This document shows, piece by piece, positions 1 through 11,564 of a DNA stretch of 64,000 nucleotides (positions within the stretch are counted from its first letter, which is position 1; the number at the start of each line of letters is the position of its first letter). The position numbers and the translations under genes were made by a program. The notes below the pieces were generated by a model, which was given only the letters and a program-made list of their open reading frames with translations, made no database searches and had not been told where the DNA came from. The DNA is from Utricularia gibba. Taxonomy: Eukaryota > Plantae > Magnoliophyta. Where the stretch lies: positions 2,418,001 to 2,482,000 of the forward strand of contig NEEC01000018.1 in assembly GCA_002189035.1 (NCBI GenBank), written 5' to 3'.

Positions 1-480
1 CTTTGTGAAATGGAAGGAGGGGAGGCTCTTCAAATGCATACAAAGTCATTTTATCAATTCCATTCAGCCAGCAGCATGAAACCCAGAAACAGACTGTGTC
101 AAGAATTCACACATAGTTAAGCAGGCAACTAAAGCATTCCGAAATCAACCCATGATTCGACCTATGCATTAATGCAACGCCCTTCCCGGAAAGAAAAACG
201 ACATACACGAAACCAATGCCAACCCCTCCCCCTCCAAAAAAAAGATATAAAGAATGCAACTGGCATTCTGCAATTCGGACCCGCAGTATACCATATCAAC
301 TATCGAAAGATACAAAAACAACAAACCAACGTAAGGCTTACCCGCGTCCCTGTCTCCGCAAGTGACTGATCGTGAGCCAGGACGAAGGGGGCGATTGACA
401 ATGGTGAAGAGGTATAAACCAATCGACGTAATCGAAAGGGATTCACAAAGTTGTAATGGAATAAGATGTTTGGCGTCCGG
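1..480 (-). other. Probable 5' exon and first intron of a minus-strand gene continuing off the left edge
   Basis: Minus-strand donor GCGG|GTAAGC at ~341 followed by T-rich intron-like sequence; head-to-head with UGT copy 1. No coding sequence recognised. Confidence 0.35.
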
Positions 481-938
481 GCGGCGGTGTCTTTTGATAA
501 AAATATTGTATATAATTTTCGAGTTCCCCGGGCAATTCCCCCGTCCGGGCCGCAGTCAGCCCTGCGACTCCCGAGTTGACCCCACCCACTAATTTCCCCT
601 TTTCGCCAACAATTTCAATCATCACTACTAATTTAAAAAATCCCGACCGCTTTTACTTGGTAATGGTTCATGATGAGTCAAGCTTGAATTATTCGGCAAA
701 CTCAATTATATATAATTGAACACTGGATCAAAACATTACTCAATTGGGCTTGAATTCTCCCCAAAGACGTCATCTCACGGGCGTCCAACAAAGTATTGGG
801 CCCCAACCCCACCTCCTTAAATTTGGTGTGTTATAAATAAGAATTGTATTTTTCACGTAAAAAAACACCACTGGTTTATCTTCTGTCCATTTCATTTATT
901 TCCGGGGCTGCAGCAGTCCACCATACGCGGCCAGCATC

Positions 939-2475
939 ATGTCCCCGGGCAGCGGCGCGGCGGCGGAGGAGATCCAACTCCATGCTATCATGGTCTCAGC
1001 CCAATACCAAGGCCACATCAACCCCTTCGTCAATCTTGCTCTCGCCCTCGCTTCAAAGGGAATCACCGTCACTTTTGTTCACTTCCAGCATGTACACCAG
1101 ATGCTCTCTCGAGCTCATCATGCTACAGATGATGCTGACATCTTCGGGGAGGCCCGGGCCGCCGGCCTCGATATACGCTACGAGACGATAAGCGACGGGT
1201 TTCCTTTGGACTTCGATAGAGATCACAATTTCCATGAGTACGCCCAGGAGCTAGTTGTCAAGTTTCCACTCATTGCGGAGGAGTTTGTGGGGAAGAAGCT
1301 GAAACAATTTGGTTCTGGTTGGAGAAATTTCGTGGTGTTTGACACTCTCTATTTCTGGAATACCGGCATCGCCAAGAAATACAATATTGTGAGTGTTTCT
1401 CTCTGGACGCAGCCGGCGCTTCTATTTAACATTCTTTATCATCTGGAACTCCTCCGAGAGAAGGGCCATTTCCCCTGCAAAGGTAAATTCTCTTCTTCTG
1501 AGAACCCCTGGCTTCTTATCCAGTTGCTGATTTGTTCGGTCCACCTGTTGCCAAACAGATGATGCTGTGGAGGAGATAACTTATCTCCCTGGAATCCCAT
1601 CGATAAACACCAGAGACTTGAATTATCTCAAGGAATGTGAAGCCTTGACTGTGATCGGCAAAATCCTCACACACGCCTTTGGGGAGGTGAAGAAAACGGA
1701 TTTCGTTCTGCAAAACACGGTCGAGGAACTAGAGCCAGAGGTCCTTGCAGCACTAAATGGACACCAACCAAATTACGCCATTGGGCCCTTAAACTTCGCC
1801 GAAAAGTTCTTCTCATTCAGTCCCATAATGAAGAGCGTCTGGGCAGAGTCCGACTGCACCAAATGGCTAGAGTCCAAGCCCCCTGGCTCTGTCCTGTATG
1901 TCTCGTTCGGAAGCTTCGTCCATTCGAACAAAGAGCTTGTGGACGAAATAGCACATGGACTTCTTCTAAGTGAAGTGAACTTCGTGTGGGTTCTCAGGAC
2001 AGGAATCTTGAGCACTGGAGAACCCTACAATCTGCCTGATGAATACCAAGAGAAAATCGCGGGGAAAGGGCTGATAATCCCGTGGTCTAATCAGATCAAG
2101 GTGCTCTCGAATCCGGCCGTCGGAGGATTCCTGACACACAATGGATGGAACTCTACGGTGGAGAGCATGTGGTGTGGCGTTCCAATGATCTGCTTTCCAT
2201 TTGCACATGATCAGGTGACGACTAGGAAGCTAGTAGTGGATGATTTGAAGGTAGGAGTGAACCTCCTTCCAGATGGTGGAAGGTCCATTGACAGAAACCA
2301 AGTCGCGGAAAATATCAAAAGCTTCTTTCGCGATGGAGGAGGTTCAGACAAGTTAAGAGACAAGGCCAGCCGAGTGAAGGAGATGATGCATACTGCCTTC
2401 GAGGTTGGTGGTTCATCCAACAGAAACTTCGATCAGTTCCTTCAGGATTTGAAACAGAAGATCCTCAGCCTCTAA
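939..2475 (+). CDS. UDP-glycosyltransferase, UGT86-like, copy 1 (exons 939-1482, 1559-2475)
   Basis: N-terminal QGHINP with catalytic His; phase-1 GT-AG intron splices in frame; PSPG box WSNQIKVLSNPAVGGFLTHNGWNSTVESMWCGVPMICFPFAHDQ. Confidence 0.93.
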
Positions 2476-3107
2476 GGGATTCAACCGCCTAGATTGACTC
2501 TTTTTTATTTCCAAATAAAAACTCGCAAGCTCCTAGAATCATCTATGTTGTTGACTCTTGTCATTTCTGAGTAGAAACTCGCCGTTTTATCAACTCAGTA
2601 GCTAGGAGATGGAGGAAAACATGCAAGTAGCCCTAGCCCATAGAATCATCTCACCTTCTTATTTCTAAATAAAAGCTCTCCATTTTATCAACCCGGTCTT
2701 TTAAAGCTACAGAAAATGAAACGCATTGAATGCTACCCCTCAGTTCAGTCTAACTGGATGCTCGATCCCTTGGCGCAAAAGAGAGTTCCGGAGCAAATGA
2801 ACCTGACGGCTTGTTTCTCTTTTTCTTGTCTATGGCGACGTCAAGTCATTTTCTCTGATTTTCCAGGTGCACCTACTACCCCTGTGTTTTCAAAAGAAAC
2901 GCCAATCCTCTCGGAGACAAAGTCCAACACGCAATGCAGGAGAGGCGTGTTTGAAGCATTCAATATCCTAAAAGACAAATCAATCCCATAACCGATGAAT
3001 TGATCTATTCGATGGAGACTGCTGCGGTCCTGTGGAACATTCAACGTGTAATATAAAGCCGTACAAATGAAAACCTGCAAGTAGCTCAAAGGAGGTAAAG
3101 CAAAAGA

Positions 3108-4633
3108 ATGGCTGGGATGGGGATGCAGAATCTCCATGCTCTGGTGTTCCCTCTCCCACATCAAGGTCATATCAATCCTGCCATAAGCCTGGTTTTCAAG
3201 CTTGCTACCAAGGGCCTTTCAGTCACCTATGTTAACTTCGAGCATGTACACAAAATGCTGGCGAAAGTGCATAACAAGACAACTACAGAGTTCAATATGT
3301 TTTCTGAAGCCAGGGAATCAGGACTCGACATACGATACACAACCATTAGTGATGGTTTACCGGATGAGTTTGATAGAGTTGCTGGATTTGAGGAGTTCTA
3401 TGAACACATGATGAGCGGGTTTCAGCCTCTTCTGGATGATTTTGTTGCGGGGGTCCTCAGGTCAGATCCTAGGTCGATATATTTCTTGGTAGCAGATACT
3501 TTTTTCACATGGCAAGCAGCAGTTGTGGAGAAGTACAACATTGTGCATGTATCCTTATGGACGCAGCCTGCCGTAGTCTTTTCTTTGGCATTCCACAAAG
3601 AGCTCTTGAGAGAAAAGGGCCACTACCCACTAAAAGGTAATATCCAAAGACAGAGCAACCTAGGCCTGTAAAGCTGTTATTTTTCAGCACATCACTAACA
3701 AATTCGTGCTTTCGAACCAGATAATGTTGAAGAGCTTGCTGATTACATACCTGGAATCCCATCAGTTAATACAAAGGACTTCATGCCATATCTAAAGGAA
3801 TCCAATATCCATACAATCTCCTTCAAGCTTACTTCCGCAGCATTTGATCAGGTGCACAAGGCTGATTTTGTTCTACACAACATCGTCCAAGAACTAGAGT
3901 CTGGCGTCCTATCAGCCCTCAATCTACACCAGCCACATTATGCAATTGGTCCCATTAACTTTTACAAGGAGCTCACAGAAAATCCCATACAAAAGAGTTT
4001 GTGGGCAGAATCAAGTTGCACCAGCTGGCTTCAATCCAAGGCTGCTGGATCAGTTTTGTACATATCTTTTGGAAGCATAGTTCCAGCCAGCAAGCAAATG
4101 GTCGAAGAAGTAGCTCATGGGCTGATCCTCAGCCATGTGGACTTCATCTGGGTCACTAGAGATGCAGTAGAGAGAGGCAATGGCATGTTCCCTGCTGGAT
4201 TGGAAGAAGAGGTAAGAGATAGAGGATTGATTATTCCTTGGTGTAACCAGGCAATGGTTCTTTCAGACCCTGCAGTTAGAGCATTTCTCACACACTGCGG
4301 CTGGAATTCTGTGATAGAGAGCATCTGGAATGGGGCTCCGATGCTGTGCTACCCTGTAGATTTTGATCAGCCTATCAACAGGAAACTCGTGGTGGATGAC
4401 TGGGGATAGGGCTTAATCTTTGTGATGGAAAAGCAGTTAACAGGACTGATGTTGCTGCAAAGATTAGTTCCCTGATGACCGGATGTATACCAAAGGGTAG
4501 ACTTACAAATCTTAAGGATATCCTGAGGAATGCAACAGAACCCAGAGGATCATCTGAGAGAAACTTCAATGAATTCATCATCAACCTGAAGGAAAAGGTT
4601 CGCTTGAAATGTGCAGATGAGCAAAAGGCATGA
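3108..4633 (+). CDS. UDP-glycosyltransferase, UGT86-like, copy 2 (exons 3108-3636, 3721-4633; apparent -1 frameshift in G run 4402-4405)
   Basis: HQGHINP; PSPG WCNQAMVLSDPAVRAFLTHCGWNSVIESIWNGAPMLCYPVDFDQ. Adding one G after DDW restores GIGLNLCDG...GSSERNFNEFIINLKEK to TGA at 4631-4633, matching copy 3. Confidence 0.88.
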
Positions 4634-5169
4634 AACATGAATCGAGTGGGAGTTTGGCCTACGCCTCTATTGAGTGGTTTTTTTTTTTTCGACACAATGC
4701 CGCCGGTTAGTAAAAGAGAGCCAGGAGAGATCGAAGAACATTTGATTCAACTGAGATGCATAGATCACAGTGAATGTTTTACAGTAAAACGAACCTTTGT
4801 TTCCCTACAACTCACACACGTGAGACTGGTCCGCATTGTCCCCGATAGAAAGTTCTTTATCTGCAAAATTCAACGCCCTTAAAAAAAAAATGAACTGGAT
4901 TTCAACGATGAATTAACCTGTTCATACTAATTACCAGAACGGTCCAAATAGGCGTCTTATTCAGGTTTATTCAAAGAAACAATAATCTGACCTGCAACAT
5001 TGGAGCTCCGTTTACGGCAATTGCTTCCGTCCAAGACAAATGAATCGCCCTCACCCATTCCAATTTGATCAGATAGGAAAAGTCCACTGCGGACCACTCA
5101 ATCAAAACTTGTACTTATAAATGAATCTCTGTGTACCTCCGAAAAAAATCAGAACAGCTATCACGAAAG

Positions 5170-6701
5170 ATGGCTGAGAAGCAGAAGCTCCGTGCTCTGG
5201 TGTTCCCCTTCCCACTCCAAGGTCATGTCACCCCCGCCATAAATCTAGTCCTTAAGCTCGCTTCGAAGGGTCTTGCAGTCACCTTTGTTAACTTCGAATA
5301 TGTTCATAAAATGCTGGCCAAAGTGCATAGCAAGACAGATGCAGAGTTCGATTTGTTTTCTGAAGCACGGGAGTTTGGACTCGACATACGATACACAACC
5401 ATTGGTGATGGTTTACCCGATGAGTTCAATAGAGTTGTTCGACATCTGGAGTTCATGGAGTACATGCTGAGGGAGTTTCAGCCTCTTATGGAGGAGTTTG
5501 TGGGAAAGATCATAAGGTCAGATTCTGAATCCATGTATTTCTTAGTAGCTGACACTTTCTTTTGTTGGCAAGCAGCCGCTGCGGACAAGTTCAACCTTGT
5601 ACATGTATCGTTATGGACTGAGCCAGCCTTCGTCTTATCCCTGGTATGCCATCGAGGGCTCCTGAGACAAAGAGGCCATTACCCACTAAAAGGTATGCAC
5701 TACAGAGAGCACAACCTAGACCTGCGAAGCTGTTCATTTTCAAACATTTAGCAAATCACCGAAACAATTGTGCTTTTGAACCAGATAATGTTGAAGAGGT
5801 TATTGATTACATACCTGGCATCCCATCAGTGAATACGAAGGACTTCATGCCATATCTAAGGGAATCCGATATGGACACGATCTCCTTCAGATTTGGTACC
5901 AAAACATTTGATCTGGTACCCAAGGCTGATTTTGTTCTGCACAACACAGTCCAAGAGTTTGAATCCAGTACCCTATCCGCTCTCAGTAAATACCAGCCAC
6001 ATTATGCAATTGGCCCAATTAATTTCTACAAAGAGCTGACCAAAAGTTCCATAGACAAGAGTTTATGGGTGGAATCAAACTGCGCCAGCTGGCTTCAATC
6101 CAAGGCCCCTGGATCAGTTTTGTACATCTCATTTGGGAGCCTAGTTCCCGCCAGCGAACAAGTGGTTGAAGAAATAGCTCACGGGCTTATTCTTAGCCAC
6201 GTGAGCTTCATATGGGTGACTAGAGATGGAGTAGAGGGAAGTCATTTACACGTACTCCCAGTTGGATTGGAGGAAGAGCTCAAAGATAGAGGATTGATAA
6301 TTCCTTGGTGTAACCAGACCATGGTTCTTTCAGATCCCGCAATTGGTGGATTTCTCACACACTGCGGCTGGAATTCTGTGATAGAGAGCATTTGGTATGG
6401 AATTCCAATGTTGTGTTATCCATTAGATTATGATCAACCTATCAACAGGAAACTAGTAGTGGATGACTGGAACATAGGGCTGAATATCCAGAATGGGTAT
6501 ACAGTTGACAGGCATGATGTTGCCCAGAAGATTAAATCCCTGATGGCTGGAAATATATTAAAGGATGGTCATAAGATGAGAAATCTGAGTAACATGTTGA
6601 GGAATGCAATAGAGCCCGGTGGATCATCTGAGAGAAATTTTGATCAATTCATTACTGATCTCAAGGGAAAGCTTCACATCAAAGTTGCAGCAGAAGCATG
6701 A
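5170..6701 (+). CDS. UDP-glycosyltransferase, UGT86-like, copy 3 (exons 5170-5692, 5785-6701)
   Basis: LQGHVTP; PSPG WCNQTMVLSDPAIGGFLTHCGWNSVIESIWYGIPMLCYPLDYDQ; intron clearly homologous to the copy 2 intron; intact frame. Confidence 0.93.
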
Positions 6702-7258
6702 AATGTTTCAGACAGGTTCACATCAGTAGAATGTGCAATGTACTATTCAGTCAATATATTTGGTTAAAATTGTTATTCCCAGACACGTCATTTGATAATG
6801 ATTACCTTTCGAAAATGGTTTTTTCCAAGTGTGAGACTGTAGGCTGGTTTCAAGGAATAAAGTAGTATCAGAACGGGCAGGAGCTAGCATCATCCCAGAG
6901 AAACCAGAAGAACAGCTGACTGAATTTGAATACGAGATAAATAAATCATCCAATAGAGACAAAAAGAAACAAAACAAAAAAAAACAGTTGTTTGGAAAAC
7001 ATACCCCACCGTATCAAAAATACATTTCATATAGATAAGTCCTGAAAACATGGACCATAGATTGATTGGCAAAGCTTCATGGCAATTTGTAAATCAGGAA
7101 TCGTATAAAAAGAAACACAAAGAACGTTACCAAGAATTTGTTAAACGCACGAATCTATTCAGTATTTGTACAGGGAGACTTTTACCTTTTTACTAAACTT
7201 AATAGCCCTTGGCATGAAATTCATTGAGGTCATCCATAAGGATTGAATTTTCTTTAGT

Positions 7259-10200
7259 TCACTGTTCAACTTTTGTGAGTAAAAGTCTATACATGGGATC
7301 TCCACGAAATAGAACATGCCTCTCCCAATCTGAGGGCACTCCAAATGGATTTTCATTCAGCCAAACCTGTTCATCATTTTCCATAGCCCCTTGAAGTTGG
7401 GAAATAATGATGTATCCTTTACCATGTTTTATGAATTCCCTTTTCATTCTAATGGCTACACCTTCGATGTCAGACTGGAGAAAAACCTGTTGATCAAGAG
7501 TGGAAAAGTCAGGAGAACAATGAGCGTCAACTGGCATCCTAAAGACTAAAATCTCGATTATTTAAGTTGATATTATGTGATGAACCTAAAAGGACCCCAC
7601 CCGAAATTAAAGGAAATGTAAACATTGAGTACCTTTCCACCAGGCATAAGCATATCAATAATTGCTTTGACTAATGACCTTCGCAACATTCGTTGACAGT
7701 ATTCTGATTTTTTGAAATCAGGGTTTGGACACTGAAAAATGCGTACCAAAAACATCAGCTAGGGACATTACTGTACAAACATGAGAAACTTCCACAAAAG
7801 GAAATTCAAAGCATGAGACAAAAACCCATTATTGGCATAGCTTCTGAAAGGCAACTTTCCTGAATGGAGACAAGAGCCAGCTTCCCAGGATAATTGGAGA
7901 CTATAGATCTAAAGGTTGAAGTTACATCTGTTGCAATGAAATGCCTGAAAATAAATAAACAACTTGGTTTTTATGGGCTTAGGCAACTCCTTGACTGCTA
8001 CAAATCACAGAAAAAAGTTATATAAATATACAGATATGTGCATTTTCGATCTCTAAAGGTCAAAATCGAGGCTATTTCAAGAAACGAAAAAGCATACATA
8101 TTGTGAATTTCAAGCTGATGCACATCATCCAGGCAACGATCCACCAGCTGACCAGTAGCGGTGCAAAAAGTATTAAATTTGGAACCTCAAACCATAAAAG
8201 ATACTTTGCTGTAACAGCAATACCTTTGCATTCATTTCAAGCCCAAGGAAGTTCATATCATTTCTCCTTGTTGCCATTCCAAACAAGAACAAACCATTGC
8301 CTATAAGTACACATTATTATGTTAATTTCCTGTCAGCCCATGGACCAGATGAATCACAATTTGAAAATGCAATAATTGTAGAACAAACCAATGCCATGCC
8401 AATAACTAATAGGTGTATGCCAGTCTTATGCATCATGATGTAGAACTGTTTCAATAAAAAACTAAGTACCACTTCCGACATCAATAAATAGAGGCTTCAT
8501 TGGATCATCATAGACAACACTCCAGTCAATTTGGAAGGAATACGCCTGCATGAAAAAAAGTTACATATTTTCGTATATTATCATGAGGTAAAGAGATACT
8601 CATACTTTATCTAATGCCATAAGTCCAGGAAGCTTTCTACCCTTGAGAACCTCCCAAACAACCGTGGCACTGGCAACAAAATCACAGTTTGAAATATTCT
8701 TTGACCTCACCGCGAAATCTTTAAATTCCATTCTCCCAACAAAAGTGATATTGCAACTGGACACCATTACGAGTGCTTGGGCAAGCTCCAACATTCTACC
8801 TTTTCTTGAAGTGTCAAATGTCAATGGACCAATCCATAACACTTTCTGGAGAAAAAAGTAAATACAAAAGGTGAACAGCAGCATTCTGCACATCTTAGTT
8901 TCTCCGCAATCTATGATTCATCCTCATTGATACATTAAGTTTGTGTCTCTTCATGTGCTCAATCAATCCAAGTGTGGTTACTTGCATTTTAGAAGAACAT
9001 AAAAATGAATTCTCAAACGTATGATAGCGTTACCTTTGATTTAGAAAGAGAGTTGAATATTTCGTCCAATGATCTGGGTCCAATGTCAACTGGCTGCCAA
9101 CCTAGAATTACAAGAACACAAAGCCTCAGTGGAAAAAACAACATCGAACCAAAATCAGACACAAATTTAATCCGAGAACGTGAACTGACTTCCAAATTCG
9201 TATTCCACTCTTAATGTATTTCACATATGGTAAAAAGAGCTGCATAAAGCATTTTTGGTAGGCCTTGCTTCACAAAAAACCAAAATTTAATGGAAATACC
9301 TGGAGGAATAGAACAAACGGAAAACAGCTCCATCTCATAAGAACTATGGCCTTTTCTGCACCAAAAGTCTTTCGGAAGAATAAGAGGAATGTTTCTCGAC
9401 TTTACATGCTTCACTATGCTGGAAGCTTCTGCTAGTTCTTTAGTATTAATTAATTCCATGGGAACAGGTATGCCTAGGCCATGCATTATTTGAAATGCCA
9501 AGGTTCCCACAACGACCAAGCCATCGCATAATGAAGCCAAAGTATGCACTGCAGCAGCCTTGGCAGCAAGGTTTCCTCCTGTAAGCTAAATAAATTGCAA
9601 TCGGCAAGTTAATGCAAAAGAGGGCTTATGTATAAGTTTTAGCTAACACAAAATATACAAAGTTATAATCATTACAATAGCATAATAGGGCCTTTCGGCA
9701 GTGCTGATGATTCCCTTCATCTTGCAAAGATTCTCCTCAAAGAAAAATCCAGCAATATAGGCACCAGAGAAGCCAGCAATACCAACCGTCGATGCAAGAA
9801 TTTTATGAGATTCAGAAAAGGCATCATTGATGATCATATCAACCCAAGAGGCAAGTTCTTTGGAAAATTTGGAACAGTTGGCTGTCTCTTCTTTTAAGGG
9901 GTAGAGATTCTCAAGTAAAAGCACAACCTTATTTCCTTCAGTCTCCAAATTTGGAAATGGAGACCTGCTAATATATTTTTTTGGAACAACTTCAATTCCA
10001 AGCACCTCTGATAGAAAATCTGTACACAGAAAACTATTAAAAACAGGCTCGACATTAAAAAAGGATTACAAGTTTCGATATAATAATTGACCCACTTGCA
10101 ACAGTTTCAGATGGACAAGGTTCTGAAAGAGTGTCTGACCCAATGTTCTCATCCCATCTGCCAACGAGGACCACTTCAGCACCTGCTTTGTGTAAGTATG

Positions 10201-10835
10201 TAATTGTTTTTAAAGCACTTTCTGGCAATAATTTATGATCCATCATTCCTTGCAGTATAATCATGGTATCCATTCTGACCATGGCAATTTTTCCATGAAG
10301 CTCACTCTCGGGGAAGTTTCTAAGAAATTGCACGTGTGGAAATGTATATAATTCTCTCCTAACATCCTCAGATGCAATCTACAGAAGAGCATCTCAAGAT
10401 CAATGTTAATTAACTCAAAAGTGCAGGAGGCGATTTCGAGGACAATTATTCATAAGTATCCTCTGGAATTTTCTTAAGAAACCAAGAACATCAAATATTA
10501 AGAAAATCTGAATACCTTTCTTACACATGGATCTTCAACTTTCTTACCCTGAATACTTACTGCGTATAAGCAAAACCGCACACGGTGAGCGATTCAGAAA
10601 AATCCCATTTTCCTAATCAAAGAAATAAGTTTTGTGCTCTCCACAAATAAAGAATCTATCGAGGACCTAGAGACGGGATGAATGCGCATCTGCCTTTCCT
10701 TTTCTTGAACGCAGCACCATTTCTGGAATGAATAATCACATTTCGACAAGGAACCTCAGGCAATGTCAAAACAAAACCTTGATAAGTCGAGCTGAGACAG
10801 TAAATTCCTCCAAAATGAATGAACTGATTCATCAT
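7259..10835 (-). CDS. Fusion protein of ~678 aa: putative transit peptide + degenerate phosphoglycerate-kinase-like domain + TrmB/Trm8-type tRNA (guanine-N7)-methyltransferase-like domain
   Basis: Hand-built 13 exons with consistent phases: 10835-10667, 10559-10516, 10378-10096, 10007-9676, 9585-9300, 9101-9034, 8845-8606, 8545-8470, 8300-8224, 8147-8098, 7944-7860, 7731-7633, 7486-7259 (2037 nt). PGK landmarks: VRMD, LLENL, INDAF, VDIGP, LKGRKLPG. TrmB landmarks: PLFIDVGSGNG, NFLGLE, SIQCPNPDF, GKVFLQSD, WLNENPFGVPSDWE. Exons 1-2 and the exon 5 acceptor are less certain. Confidence 0.85.
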
Positions 10836-10950
10836 CGTCGTCTACCACAGAGGATCGCAGACACCAGATATTTAATTAATTACGATTTTTCTTTTCTTTT
10901 ACCATTTACATTAACGGTCGACTGATCTAACGAGCCGGGCCACACTTACA

Positions 10951-11230
10951 TCATGGGCGTCCAAGAAAGTATTGGGCCCTCACCCCACAAAAACTTCAAA
11001 TTTATTGTAATATAAATAAGAAATGAATTTATATGTGATTTTCCATGTACGCAAACAAAGATTCAATAAAAAAAGATAAAAATCTACTAAAATATCTTTT
11101 TTCTGTGCTTGATTTACTTCCCGGACTGCAGAAGCCATCCAAACGCGGCCGACAAATATGTCCAAGAACAGCGGCGCGGCGGCGGAGGACTGGGAGGCAG
11201 AACCAGGCTCTGGTGTTCCCTCTCCCGCTA
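10951..11230 (+). pseudogene. 5' relic of a fourth UGT86 copy (promoter + ~24 codons)
   Basis: gggcgtccaa(g/c)aaagtattgggccc, a TATA-like tataaataag and the leader align with ~774-970. ATG at 11158 reads MSKNSGAAAED (copy 1: MSPGSGAAAEE), followed by gctctggtgttccctctccc, identical to copy 2's ALVFPLP codons; homology then ends. Confidence 0.75.
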
Positions 11231-11564
11231 AAAAAAGCATTAACCAAAATAAAAATATGATGTTATTGGCCTCGTGGGTGACTTTGGCTTGAATGAGTGG
11301 ACACAGACACAGCACGAGGCGCCTCTCCTAACGAAACCCAGGCATGAGTTCATTCCTTCACCGGCGAGGTGGAAAGTTATTACAGTGTGTTTGCTGTGCG
11401 TCCCCACAAGGGTGTAGAGTGCTGCAACTTACGAATAACTCTACCCATCTCTAATCCATTCACACATGACTGACTATAACAAGCCAAGTGTTGTGTTGGC
11501 TATAAATATATATATAGAGTTGGATGACGGCAGCCACGTTCTTCCGCTGGTTGCTATGTTCTAT

